DNA of 64,000 nucleotides from Minisyncoccia bacterium (lineage in GTDB: Bacteria; Patescibacteriota; Minisyncoccia; Phycocordibacterales; UBA9973): contig CBFHKH010000001.1 in assembly GCA_965656375.1 (NCBI GenBank), positions 217,319 through 281,318 of the forward strand, read 5' to 3'. This document shows, one piece after another, positions 17,498-26,531 of the stretch. Under the pieces are notes generated by a model, which ran no database searches, was not told the origin of the DNA, and worked only from the letters and a program-made list of their open reading frames with translations. Every line of letters begins with the position of its first letter. The stretch's first letter is position 1. A program made the translations under genes and the position numbers.

Positions 17498-18082
17498 ATG
17501 AAATACCCGCTTAATCTTTCCGACCAAGAACTTGTTTCTTTATATGTAGGAGGTGATCCTGAAGCGCTTGGTGCGCTTATGATTCGCCATAAAGATAGGA
17601 TCTTTACAAGCATTTATCTGATTGTGCATAGCAAAGAAGTAGCCGAAGATATTTTTCAAGATCTCTTTGTCCGTATCATTCATACAATTAACAACGGACA
17701 ATATAAAGAAAATAGCAAATTCCTTGCCTGGGCTATCCGTATTGGGCACAACCTTTGTATGGATCATTTTCGAAAGCAAAAAAGAGAGCCAGTTTTTTTA
17801 AAGCCAATTGAGGATAGAGATGTTTTTGAAAATATTGACGGAGTAGTTTCTGGTTCAGATCAGAAGATAGTGTCACAAGAAGTAACTTCTGATATCAGAA
17901 AAATGATTGATCTTCTTTCGGAGGATCAGCGTACGATTATAATCCTTCGTCACCATGCAAATCTCAAATTTAGAGAAATCGCAAAGATACTCGGAATCAG
18001 CGTAAATACTGCACTTGGGCGAATGAGATATGCGTTGATAAATTTACGCAAAATAATGGTTCAAAAGCAAGTAGCACTTTAA
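17498..18082 (+). CDS. RNA polymerase sigma-70 family (ECF-type) sigma factor
   Basis: Region 2 (DIFQDLFVRI...FLAWAIRIGHNLCMDHFRK) and region 4 HTH (FREIAKILGISVNTALGRMRYA). Confidence 0.85.
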   Translation: MKYPLNLSDQELVSLYVGGDPEALGALMIRHKDRIFTSIYLIVHSKEVAEDIFQDLFVRIIHTINNGQYKENSKFLAWAIRIGHNLCMDHFRKQKREPVFLKPIEDRDVFENIDGVVSGSDQKIVSQEVTSDIRKMIDLLSEDQRTIIILRHHANLKFREIAKILGISVNTALGRMRYALINLRKIMVQKQVAL

Positions 18083-18100
18083 TTTTTTATTTTGTTTGCA

Positions 18101-18135
18101 AAAATACCTTCTCAGAGAGAAGGTATTTCTATTTG
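18101..18135 (+). terminator. rho-independent terminator
   Basis: AAATACCTTCTC-aga-GAGAAGGTATTT followed by CTATTT. Confidence 0.65.
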
Positions 18136-18265
18136 ACATATGAGACATATTGTCCGCTAATGGATAATCTGAAGTAAGATTTTTACTTATCAAACGTTTA
18201 CATATATGTAGATGCAACTGGCTATTGATCAGCTCTGCACTACCAAAAAAGTTTGTTCATTACTC

Positions 18266-18290
18266 AAAATCCCCCATCTGGGGGATTTTG
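18266..18290. terminator. intrinsic terminator (serves minus-strand gene ending at 18299)
   Basis: AAAATCCCCCA-tc-TGGGGGATTTTGG. Confidence 0.6.
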
Positions 18291-18298
18291 GTATTGTC

Positions 18299-19243
18299 CT
18301 AGTTGATACCTGTAGGATAGAGTATCTTATCAGCCAAGGAATCAACATTAAATTCTATCCTTTCAGCTTTACATGCTTTCTGCTCTGGCTCGTCGTAATT
18401 CATACATTCAATAAATCGCAAGGTGAAGGATATTTCTTTTGATCCACTACTTGTAGGTGTACGATATGTGTAATTGGTATACGTACTGCCTGCTGCTCCT
18501 TCGCTCGAAGTTGTAATGCAGTATTCGTGACTTCCGAATGTCTTCTTTGTTGTAGTGTGGGTTCCATATCCAATGCCAGTTCCATCCTTGCAAGTGAACC
18601 CTTCGTTTATAGTTCTGACTTCTGGTGGCCAGGTTTCATTCTGGACTTTAATATATTTTGTAGATAACGCTTTTGGATTTGGATTTAAGTAGTTTGTTTT
18701 AAATCGTTGTGCTACTTTCCCACAATCTACAGCAGGAACGAAATTTTCATAGATGACACTCTCTCCATTCTTGAACCTGTACATCCCATTCATATCTTCA
18801 TATTTCTCTCCAATACCCTGCTTAAGGCCAGTTTTACCTACAATAAACATCTCTTCTTGAGTCGCTACCATACCTTCACCTGTAGATGTGTAAAGGATGG
18901 TAATTTTTTTAGGAAAATCTGCATCTTTGGTATTGGTAGTTACTGTACCTGTGTATTCACCCACCAAAGAATCTTTCTCCCCTGGTAGCCAGTTCATCAC
19001 GCCATGTACTGTATCTTTGCTATCATAGACGATAGATGTGAAAAGATAGTCAGATGTTTCTTTTCCTTTTGTTTCTTGGAAGTAACAATATTCTTTTCCA
19101 ACTGTGACTGTATCGCCTAACGTTTCTCCAGTTTGATCTGGAACTACTGTAAGTGGAATTTGCTTCTTCTTACTTACTCCATAAATAATAATTGCGAGCA
19201 CTAGTAATACTAATACGAGAAGTATTTTATTGTTTTTTGTCAT
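18299..19243 (-). CDS. hypothetical N-anchored secreted protein (314 aa)
   Basis: N-terminal TM helix MTKNNKILLVLVLLVLAIIIYGV. No motif. Confidence 0.5.
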   Translation of the reverse strand: MTKNNKILLVLVLLVLAIIIYGVSKKKQIPLTVVPDQTGETLGDTVTVGKEYCYFQETKGKETSDYLFTSIVYDSKDTVHGVMNWLPGEKDSLVGEYTGTVTTNTKDADFPKKITILYTSTGEGMVATQEEMFIVGKTGLKQGIGEKYEDMNGMYRFKNGESVIYENFVPAVDCGKVAQRFKTNYLNPNPKALSTKYIKVQNETWPPEVRTINEGFTCKDGTGIGYGTHTTTKKTFGSHEYCITTSSEGAAGSTYTNYTYRTPTSSGSKEISFTLRFIECMNYDEPEQKACKAERIEFNVDSLADKILYPTGIN

Positions 19244-19312
19244 ACACTCAGTATATAACTATTTATTTTTATTGTCGAAGTAAATGGTGAATATCTACTA
19301 TATTCTCTTTTT

Positions 19313-19828
19313 TTAGTTACAGAGCACTTTCTTATACAAAAGCGATGTTGGTTCTCCTGTACGATCAGGAACCAGTACACCGTTGCCATCTACTTGCTCT
19401 TCATTTAACATATATCTTTGTTTCAGGAGATTTTCTCCATCAATCTTGTATATTTCAAGTTCTCTACCCTCTGATCCTTCTATGGTATAGGTGAAAAGGA
19501 GTTCAAGTATTGTTTTATCACTTGTTATCTCACCATTGAGACTGCCTATATAGCCATTTGTCATGTCAGGTCCGCTTTGAGTGCCACTCTTTGTGCCCGT
19601 TACGCTATTACCCGTACGAGTTATACTCATGTGTTCCTCTACAGCATACGGAGCATCTGGAGTTGATTTTTGAATATATACAAAGCAATACGATGTATTC
19701 TCTCTGAAACTATCTTGTATTGTTGTTGATTCTTGTGTTGGTGGTAACGTACGAGGTTTTATAAAATATAGAGAGCCAAGTATTACTATAATCACTACAA
19801 CTATCCCGACAAGTAATCTCTTATTCAT
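19313..19828 (-). CDS. hypothetical N-anchored secreted protein (171 aa)
   Basis: N-terminal TM helix. No motif. Confidence 0.5.
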   Translation of the reverse strand: MNKRLLVGIVVVIIVILGSLYFIKPRTLPPTQESTTIQDSFRENTSYCFVYIQKSTPDAPYAVEEHMSITRTGNSVTGTKSGTQSGPDMTNGYIGSLNGEITSDKTILELLFTYTIEGSEGRELEIYKIDGENLLKQRYMLNEEQVDGNGVLVPDRTGEPTSLLYKKVLCN

Positions 19829-19854
19829 ACTTTAATTGTATAGTATTCCTATCT

Positions 19855-21078
19855 TTAATGCGACCCTGGGAATGAATTCCCTCTCTGCCTGCCACTACCC
19901 TTAAGAGATGATGCACGTCGTACGGAATTATGTCCGAACTTGGAACGAATCTTATCAGCAACTTGTTCGACAATACTCCTCTTCTCAGATTCTATTTGGA
20001 TACCAAAAAGATCCTGAGGAACATCTTCGATCCGACGAAGATTATGAAGAGTTATGCCAGTTGATCGAATCTTCTCATCTTTTACTAGAGTTTTATAGAA
20101 AATTGGTTCTACGGCGTTCAAAATAACACTTGGATCTGTGGTATAGATGGTTAGACGAATTTCATTACCACGGTAACGAAAATCTGTATTTTTTATAAAG
20201 AAGGAGACAGAATTAGTCATAAGATCAAGTCTCCGAGCATGCTCACAAGCTCGTTCAACATTTTCTGAAAGCTCTGCGAATATAATCTCTTTCTCACTTG
20301 ATGAGGGTTTGAATGTTGCTGTTGATTGAATTGATTTTTGATCTCGGGGATCAGAATGAGAATCTACTGTATAGATAGGCTCTCCTCTGAGTTCTTTCTG
20401 TAAGATAGAAAGTGGTTCATTAAAATATTTCTCAATGTAATCAGCTGAGTATTTTACAAAGTCATATGCTGTTCTCATTCCCATTGATTGGAGTCTAGGA
20501 ACTGTTCGCCAGCCAATACCCCAGATATCATCAATGGGAGTATGTTTAAGAGCGTGTATCTCATCTTCATTGGTAAGAAGTACAACCATACCATTGGGTT
20601 TTTTCAGTTTTGATGCAGTTTTTGCAAGTGCTTTTGTACGAGCAAGACCGAGAGAAAATGTTACTCCGAGTGTATTTTCTATTTCATCTTTGATGTCCTG
20701 AACTAATTTTTCTGCGCTTCCTGCATACTTAATGTCGGATTCTTTAACTGTGGCAAAGCATTCATCTATGCTATATTGTTCAACTTCTTCGAGATATGAT
20801 TCTAGAATTGTATATACACCTTTTGAGATTTTAGTATATAAATCAAAGTGATGAGACAAGATAATGACCTGAGGAAAGAATTTCTTGATCTTAAATATTG
20901 GCATTCCTCGTGTTATACCAAGTAATTTTGCTTCGTGGCTCATCGCTACTGCGATCCCACGATCTTGTCCAACGATCACAGGCAATCCTTTGTATTCTGG
21001 ATGTTTTGATAATTCGCATGCGACAAAGAACGAATCCCCGTCAGCATGGAGAAAAAGGTTATCTGATCCTGTGTTCAT
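19855..21078 (-). CDS. dinB: Y-family DNA polymerase IV (DinB)
   Basis: N-terminal HADGDSFFVACE (DxDxFFxxxE), YSIDECF, LG..RTK motifs. Last gene of a LexA-controlled operon. Confidence 0.85.
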   Translation of the reverse strand: MNTGSDNLFLHADGDSFFVACELSKHPEYKGLPVIVGQDRGIAVAMSHEAKLLGITRGMPIFKIKKFFPQVIILSHHFDLYTKISKGVYTILESYLEEVEQYSIDECFATVKESDIKYAGSAEKLVQDIKDEIENTLGVTFSLGLARTKALAKTASKLKKPNGMVVLLTNEDEIHALKHTPIDDIWGIGWRTVPRLQSMGMRTAYDFVKYSADYIEKYFNEPLSILQKELRGEPIYTVDSHSDPRDQKSIQSTATFKPSSSEKEIIFAELSENVERACEHARRLDLMTNSVSFFIKNTDFRYRGNEIRLTIYTTDPSVILNAVEPIFYKTLVKDEKIRSTGITLHNLRRIEDVPQDLFGIQIESEKRSIVEQVADKIRSKFGHNSVRRASSLKGSGRQRGNSFPGSH

Positions 21079-21082
21079 ATAC

Positions 21083-21361
21083 TTATTTCAGCGCCCCTTC
21101 ACTCTTGAGCTTGCGGTATTTTTCTCTGGACCCACCACGATTGTAATCACCGATAACGCCGTCACTTCTGATAACACGATGACATGGGACATTTGGTCGG
21201 TAGTTTGCCTTCATAATAGATCCAACCGCACGCGCAGCGCCAGGACTTCCTGCACGAGTGGCAACTTCCTTGTAGGTCATGGTTTCTCCCTTTTTTATAC
21301 CAGAGACAATATTGAGTACTCGCTCTGTGAATAGTGTTAGTTTTTTGTTTGTACTTTTCAT
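21083..21361 (-). CDS. ogt: methylated-DNA-protein-cysteine methyltransferase, DNA-binding domain-only (MGMT/Ogt-like, 92 aa)
   Basis: Conserved PCHRVI active-site motif with the Cys retained. Helix-turn-helix-wing region. Confidence 0.75.
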   Translation of the reverse strand: MKSTNKKLTLFTERVLNIVSGIKKGETMTYKEVATRAGSPGAARAVGSIMKANYRPNVPCHRVIRSDGVIGDYNRGGSREKYRKLKSEGALK

Positions 21362-21366
21362 ATGTG

Positions 21367-23037
21367 TTATATAAATAATTTTGCTAATCGTATGTCCTCG
21401 AATGATAATTTGTGGCCTTCTTGCTCAAGTATTGTTTTAATCGGACTTAGCTTCCCTATATCTTCTCCTTCGAGAGTATTATTTACTCGTTTCACCAGAT
21501 CGATGTATGTATCTTTTGGTTTGATATGAGAGATGCTCGTTTCTGGATACTCTTTGATGATTTGTTCGATATGATGTGTTATGGTTCCTTTTGTAAGGCC
21601 TCGCTCCTTGGCAATATCGGCTACTCCTTTACCTTGGTCGAGTAATTGTTTTGTTATGAGTATCGTTGGAATTTTTATTTCTGGATCCTTTTTCTTTTTT
21701 CCAATTTCTAAAGTGCCTCCCATGCGAACGATGAACTCATGCTCGAGTTTCTCTTCTTCATGTGGTGTGAGCTTTCCGAACATGAGCTCGTTTTGTGTGC
21801 TTTCATTGCGAAGTTCCTGATCAAATGTAAGCACTTCTGGATCAACACGAAGTGCATCAGGATGGAATCCTATCAATCTGATGCCAGAAAGTGTGCGGAC
21901 TCGAGAGAGAGCAACGTAACCCATACCGTATGCAAAAGTGTGTGCAAGATCGATCTCTGCATTATCGAGTGATATTCCTTGGCTTTTATGAATAGTTATT
22001 GCCCAGGCGAGGCGTATCGGTAACTGACTGAGAAAAGCTTTTTCTTTACCATTTTCTTCTATTGCCCATTTCTCTGGAGTAGCATAGATGGTCTTGCCAT
22101 TATAGAGTTCGATAATCGGAGTACCATCAGAATCGATAAATCCAACAACTTTTCCTCGAGTACCGTTTACATATCCTTCTTCGAAATTATTCTTTATACA
22201 CATCACTTCGGCACCTACTTTTAATCGGAGTTCTTCTTGAGCAAGGCAGCTTTTCTTAAGTATTTCTACCAGAATCTCTGGACCAGTAGATGTCATGCGG
22301 TAGACTCTCTCTTCTGTCGCTATAGTTGCAAGCTCTGTATTATTTTCTATATCTACATTTGCGTTGTGTGTATAGAGCTTTGTAGGTCGAACATTGTTTC
22401 CGAGTTCTGCATTAAGGCGCTTCTCTAAGTGTTCATAATGTAGTACATCGACAGTGTTATCACGAATGGCATTCAATATATCTGTAAGCGTATCGTCTTC
22501 TTGGCGATGCTGTTCTGTGAGATAACAGATAGCAGGATTCATAATACGCCAGGCTTCACTATAGAGAACCATATCTTTGATAGTGCCTTCAGTCGATTTA
22601 TTTATCGGTGGGAGTTGAAAGAAGTCACCAGAGAGTATAACTTGTAATCCTCCAAATGGTTTATCGCTCCGTTTAAATCTTCTGCATACTCGTTCTACCA
22701 TGTCGAGTCTATGAGCATGAAGCATGGATACTTCATCAATGATAAGGACTCGAGCATTTTCGAAGCGTTTCCATAGGTATTGCTTACCTTCGAGAGTTTC
22801 AATGTCATGTTCATTCATAGTTTCCTTAATACCAATACCTGCCCATCCATGTATGGTCATACCATTCATATGAGTGGCAGCGATTCCCGTTGATGCAGTA
22901 ATAGCCACGGGGATGTCGTGGTTTTGTAAATACCGAATATATTGATTAAGGAGATATGTTTTTCCGCTTCCTGCGCTTCCTGTGAGATAGACATTTACTC
23001 CAGTCTTCATAATGGTAAATGCCTGCGCTTGAGTCAT
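21367..23037 (-). CDS. ATP-dependent DNA helicase, PIF1/RecD-like (AAA_30 plus UvrD_C_2) with C-terminal extension
   Basis: Walker A GSAGSGKTYLL, LIIDEVSM (Walker B), SF1 C-terminal motifs VALSRVRTL. About 130-aa C-terminal domain of unknown function. Confidence 0.7.
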   Translation of the reverse strand: MTQAQAFTIMKTGVNVYLTGSAGSGKTYLLNQYIRYLQNHDIPVAITASTGIAATHMNGMTIHGWAGIGIKETMNEHDIETLEGKQYLWKRFENARVLIIDEVSMLHAHRLDMVERVCRRFKRSDKPFGGLQVILSGDFFQLPPINKSTEGTIKDMVLYSEAWRIMNPAICYLTEQHRQEDDTLTDILNAIRDNTVDVLHYEHLEKRLNAELGNNVRPTKLYTHNANVDIENNTELATIATEERVYRMTSTGPEILVEILKKSCLAQEELRLKVGAEVMCIKNNFEEGYVNGTRGKVVGFIDSDGTPIIELYNGKTIYATPEKWAIEENGKEKAFLSQLPIRLAWAITIHKSQGISLDNAEIDLAHTFAYGMGYVALSRVRTLSGIRLIGFHPDALRVDPEVLTFDQELRNESTQNELMFGKLTPHEEEKLEHEFIVRMGGTLEIGKKKKDPEIKIPTILITKQLLDQGKGVADIAKERGLTKGTITHHIEQIIKEYPETSISHIKPKDTYIDLVKRVNNTLEGEDIGKLSPIKTILEQEGHKLSFEDIRLAKLFI

Positions 23038-23058
23038 AGGAATTTAGTATACCATTTC

Positions 23059-23625
23059 TTAATATTTACGAATGACAGCTTTTACAATTGCAGTGATGTT
23101 CATATAGGTAACTGGATAGATATTTTTGAAATCCTTGTTTGCAGGTTCGAGCCAAACTTTATCGCCCTCTTTTCTAAAATATTTCATAGTAAATTCTCCA
23201 TCAACATCCGCGATTACTATTTCTCCATCTTTTGCTTTATCAGTTCTTTCTACGAGCACCATATCACCATCAGCAATATGTGCATCGATCATAGAGTTAC
23301 CATCTACTTCGAGCATGTATGTAGTGCCCTTTTTCTGTACTAAGTATTCATCGAGATTGACGGTATCATGCGACTCTTCCGCGACATCAGCTGGGAATCC
23401 GGCTTTAACAAGGCCGAGGAGCGGAATACTATCAAAAGATTCATTGGCAACGAGTCTGCCCAAGTGATCTTTGGCAACGAGTCCTGCATCAATGAATTTT
23501 TCAACAAGTCGCGCAACAGCGTTCTTGGATTTAAAGCCGAATAAATGCATCATCTCAGTATATGTTGGCATTCGCTTTTCGCGAGCGTAGAAAGATTGGA
23601 GTTTAGATTTGTAGTCGTTATACAT
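23059..23625 (-). CDS. lexA: LexA repressor (S24 peptidase)
   Basis: N-terminal wHTH. Catalytic Ser in GNSM and Lys in the KDGE region of the S24 domain. Confidence 0.9.
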   Translation of the reverse strand: MYNDYKSKLQSFYAREKRMPTYTEMMHLFGFKSKNAVARLVEKFIDAGLVAKDHLGRLVANESFDSIPLLGLVKAGFPADVAEESHDTVNLDEYLVQKKGTTYMLEVDGNSMIDAHIADGDMVLVERTDKAKDGEIVIADVDGEFTMKYFRKEGDKVWLEPANKDFKNIYPVTYMNITAIVKAVIRKY

Positions 23626-23629
23626 ATAT

Positions 23630-23833
23630 TTAGAATATCAGAAACTGTGGTACTGCGAAAGAGAATCTGCTAAAAATACTCTTTCGTGAATGCTGTAGCA
23701 TCTTCTTCTGCAAGATCTTGTGATCGCGAGCTTCTTTTTTGTATTCGACACCTTGGAGAATCTTCATATCGATTCTCTTGTTGAGAGCCTGGAGCTCTCG
23801 CTCTATTATTTTGACGTATTGTTCTCTGTTCAT
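23630..23833 (-). CDS. small hypothetical protein (67 aa, predicted coiled coil) first gene of SOS operon
   Basis: Starts about 40 nt downstream of the LexA-box promoter and ends 4 nt before lexA. Confidence 0.35.
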   Translation of the reverse strand: MNREQYVKIIERELQALNKRIDMKILQGVEYKKEARDHKILQKKMLQHSRKSIFSRFSFAVPQFLIF

Positions 23834-23872
23834 AAAATATATTTATAATTACTACTAATTACTTATATATCT

Positions 23873-23901
23873 AGTATATGTGAACGATCGTTCACCGTCA
23901 A
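23873..23901 (-). promoter_or_regulatory. lexA-operon promoter with Cheo-type LexA operator (GTGAACGATCGTTCAC) in the spacer
   Basis: Minus strand reads TTGACG-gtGAACgatcGTTCaca-TATACT. Perfect GAAC-N4-GTTC palindrome at 23880-23895. Confidence 0.7.
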
Positions 23902-23930
23902 GCAAATATCTGTGGATAACCTTAAAACTA

Positions 23931-23960
23931 AAACCCCTTACTAAATAGTAAGGGGTTTTA
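23931..23960. terminator. bidirectional intrinsic terminator
   Basis: AAAACCCCTTACTA-aa-TAGTAAGGGGTTTTAG. Confidence 0.65.
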
Positions 23961-23968
23961 GTTTTAAA

Positions 23969-24541
23969 CTATAATCCAGTTTTATAATCTTTCATGTCCG
24001 GAGTAGTCGAGGTTGAGATAGTGACCACCTGCTTGCCTGTTTCTTTGTTCGTGGTGATCATAACATTAAACATTCGGTTATCCTTTTTTGCAGCGAGAGT
24101 AGTAATAGCTCCCATTTGTGTACCTGTGATTGGCTTGCCTGGATAAAGAGATACCCAACCTGAAGTTGTGAGGTTGCTCTTGTAGAAATCGAGAATTGCC
24201 TGTGTATCGTCAGAAGTAGTGAAAGTAACTTGGGAACCATTTGTGCCCATAATATCGCTTGAAGTTGATTGTGTGATCGTAGCATTTTTGTATGTTGGCG
24301 CATCAGAAGGCCAGTTATCTGGAAGTTTATTCCCTGTTGTCACTGTGCCGTAATCGCTTTTTACAGTTCTTGAGCCATCGAGGTTCCGATCAACATCAAT
24401 ACCATACGCATCATACATTTTCTTTTCTGCGCTGTTGTTGCGCATATAGATAAGGCCGCCGATAAGAAGAACTACTAACACGCCGATAATAATATACAAA
24501 CCTTTCTTTGAGCTACCAGCTGTTTGATTTATTGGATCCAT
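23969..24541 (-). CDS. hypothetical N-anchored secreted protein (190 aa)
   Basis: N-terminal TM helix. No motif. Confidence 0.5.
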   Translation of the reverse strand: MDPINQTAGSSKKGLYIIIGVLVVLLIGGLIYMRNNSAEKKMYDAYGIDVDRNLDGSRTVKSDYGTVTTGNKLPDNWPSDAPTYKNATITQSTSSDIMGTNGSQVTFTTSDDTQAILDFYKSNLTTSGWVSLYPGKPITGTQMGAITTLAAKKDNRMFNVMITTNKETGKQVVTISTSTTPDMKDYKTGL

Positions 24542-24623
24542 ATTCGTTTAAATTGTAATTAGTAATACAATAATAGTACTGCTCTCATGGCATTGTGTCA
24601 ATGATAGGCAGATTAGATAAAAT

Positions 24624-24656
24624 AAAAAACCTGCCACATACGCGTGGCAGGTTTTA
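24624..24656 (-). terminator. rho-independent terminator for gene ending at 24675
   Basis: ACCTGCCAC-atacgc-GTGGCAGGT, with TTTTTTATTTT on the minus strand. Confidence 0.65.
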
Positions 24657-24674
24657 ATTAAAATCATTTCTATA

Positions 24675-25361
24675 TCAAAATTTATACGTAAGGCCTGCTC
24701 CCCAAATAAAATTTTTCTCCGGGTGGTAATAAATATTTGCCTCAGCTTGCCTTCCTTCTCTATTGATGTTCTGCATCCCTGCATAGCAAATCAATGAAAA
24801 TTTATCTGTAAATTTAGGCGTCCATTTTGACCGTGCTCCAAAAGATATGTAAAAATCACTGAATGTGACTTCTTTCTTTATAGGTCCATTTTGATACAAA
24901 CCTGGTTCTTTTTGGAATTCTCCTTCAAGAAACGGGCCAAATTTTAGTCTTTTGCCAAATAAAAATTCTGTTTCTGTCCGCAGCTTTAAGAAATCACCTT
25001 TGCTTAGATTCTTAATTCCTTTAAGCAAGAACTGGATTTCAGCTCCCTTCTCGCTTTCTCTTGTAAACAAAAGAGCACCAGTATAAGAGAGGATGCCCTT
25101 ACCGTAATCCCAAACAAAGCCGGGCAATAAGAACATTTTTGTTTTACTTTTAGAGAGGTTTAATCCTAGAGAGATGCTCAGCATCTTGTACCCATCGGAT
25201 TGAAGGCCTACAGTAATCAAAGCTTTCTTTACTGCGAGTGATGAATTTGCTACAACCCCTTTCTCATCAATTGACGAGTAGCCAATCATTGAATTTGATT
25301 TCTGTCCGATTGATTGGAGGGTCAAACAACTAATTGCGAAAATAAAAATGAGTTTTCTCAT
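24675..25361 (-). CDS. hypothetical secreted protein with beta-barrel-like features (alternating amphipathic strands, C-terminal ...GLTYKF)
   Basis: Signal peptide and terminal aromatic residue typical of outer-membrane beta-barrels. No named family assigned. Confidence 0.45.
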   Translation of the reverse strand: MRKLIFIFAISCLTLQSIGQKSNSMIGYSSIDEKGVVANSSLAVKKALITVGLQSDGYKMLSISLGLNLSKSKTKMFLLPGFVWDYGKGILSYTGALLFTRESEKGAEIQFLLKGIKNLSKGDFLKLRTETEFLFGKRLKFGPFLEGEFQKEPGLYQNGPIKKEVTFSDFYISFGARSKWTPKFTDKFSLICYAGMQNINREGRQAEANIYYHPEKNFIWGAGLTYKF

Positions 25362-25417
25362 CTGAATTAATTTTAAGGTTTTAAAATATCGTTATTAGAT
25401 GCTAGTTTAACAGGAAA

Positions 25418-26374
25418 TTAGCGAGTAGTCAATAGACGCTTTGTTCGCTTGTTTAACTGATACCATTTCCATTTAATAGCACACCATGTATTACAGTATG
25501 CCTCACCATATGGAGGATGGATTTCTGCACTTGTACGGAGACAATTCTCACAACAGATGAAATGATCGTGGCACATGAGGTTAGCACAATTCACATAGTG
25601 TTCACTCGGAACGTTACATTTTGAACAGCGGCCTATTACTTCATGAGTATCGGGATCATTGAAATTCATTGTAATGCGTTTATCGAAAACATAGAGCGAA
25701 CCTTTAAAATCTTGGCCCGGGTATTTTTCCATATAACTCACAATCCCGCCATCGAGTTGATACACATCTTTAAATCCTTCTCGAGCTAGGAGGCCTGAAG
25801 CCTTCTCACAACGCACGCCACCAGTACAAACTGTGAGAACAGTTTCATTCTTTAATTCCTCGATTTTCTTTATATTCTTTTTTAGATCACGGAAATTATT
25901 CAGATCTGGGAATACCGTTCCTTCAAATTTTCCTACCCTTAATTCATAATCATTACGCATGTCTACGATATGGAACTTTTTTCCCTCTTTATACCACTGC
26001 CGTAATGCTTCAGGAGAAAGATGGATGCCAGTAATCTGGTTTGGATCAATATCTGCTTCATCTCCCAGATGAAGAGAGACAATTTCCTTTCGAGTTTTTA
26101 CTGAAAGTCGTGGAAACGCAGTGCCATCATCTGTACCCTTGCTTATCTTCCAATGTATATCTGAAAATCTTGGATCAGCTTTCATCCACTCCATGTATTC
26201 CTTGCATGCCTCGTTTGTACCTTCAAATGTACCGTTAATGCCTTCACGGGCGATGATCATACGGCCTTTCATACCAAGACGTGTGCACAGTAGAAACTGC
26301 TCGTCTCGAAACGCTTTCGGGTCACTAATAGGGGTATATTTATAGAAAAGGATAATACTATTTGCATTTTGCAT
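25418..26374 (-). CDS. trhO: rhodanese-domain tRNA uridine(34) hydroxylase TrhO (UPF0176/YceA family)
   Basis: N-terminal ILFYKY...DP...GRMIIAREGINGT, rhodanese core with CTGGVRCEK, C-terminal Cys-rich zinc region. Start at internal Met MQNANSI (26374). Confidence 0.75.
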   Translation of the reverse strand: MQNANSIILFYKYTPISDPKAFRDEQFLLCTRLGMKGRMIIAREGINGTFEGTNEACKEYMEWMKADPRFSDIHWKISKGTDDGTAFPRLSVKTRKEIVSLHLGDEADIDPNQITGIHLSPEALRQWYKEGKKFHIVDMRNDYELRVGKFEGTVFPDLNNFRDLKKNIKKIEELKNETVLTVCTGGVRCEKASGLLAREGFKDVYQLDGGIVSYMEKYPGQDFKGSLYVFDKRITMNFNDPDTHEVIGRCSKCNVPSEHYVNCANLMCHDHFICCENCLRTSAEIHPPYGEAYCNTWCAIKWKWYQLNKRTKRLLTTR

Positions 26375-26409
26375 TAATGTAATATACATTATTTTATAAG
26401 AATATTTTA

Positions 26410-26438
26410 TTGACAATAGTAATAAACACTGATATAAT
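26410..26438 (+). promoter_or_regulatory. perfect sigma70 consensus promoter TTGACA-N17-TATAAT
   Basis: TTGACA at 26410-26415, TATAAT at 26433-26438. Confidence 0.6.
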
Positions 26439-26453
26439 GATGAAAATATTATT

Positions 26454-26515
26454 CTGTTAGAAAATACCAAGTTTCTTAACTGGTAATGAGATAGGGAATT
26501 TGGTATTTTCTAACA
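26454..26515 (+). promoter_or_regulatory. 17-bp perfect inverted repeat (CTGTTAGAAAATACCAA / TTGGTATTTTCTAACAG) in 5' UTR
   Basis: Arms at 26454-26470 and 26499-26515 with a 28-nt loop. It lies between the promoter and the start codon. Confidence 0.55.
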
Positions 26516-26531
26516 GTTAAAATATAAGGAC

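Noticed and set aside
23630-23700. A second LexA box directly upstream of lexA
   Set aside because: The sequence ACTGTGGTACTG near 23655 is not palindromic and matches neither the Cheo box nor CTGT-N8-ACAG.
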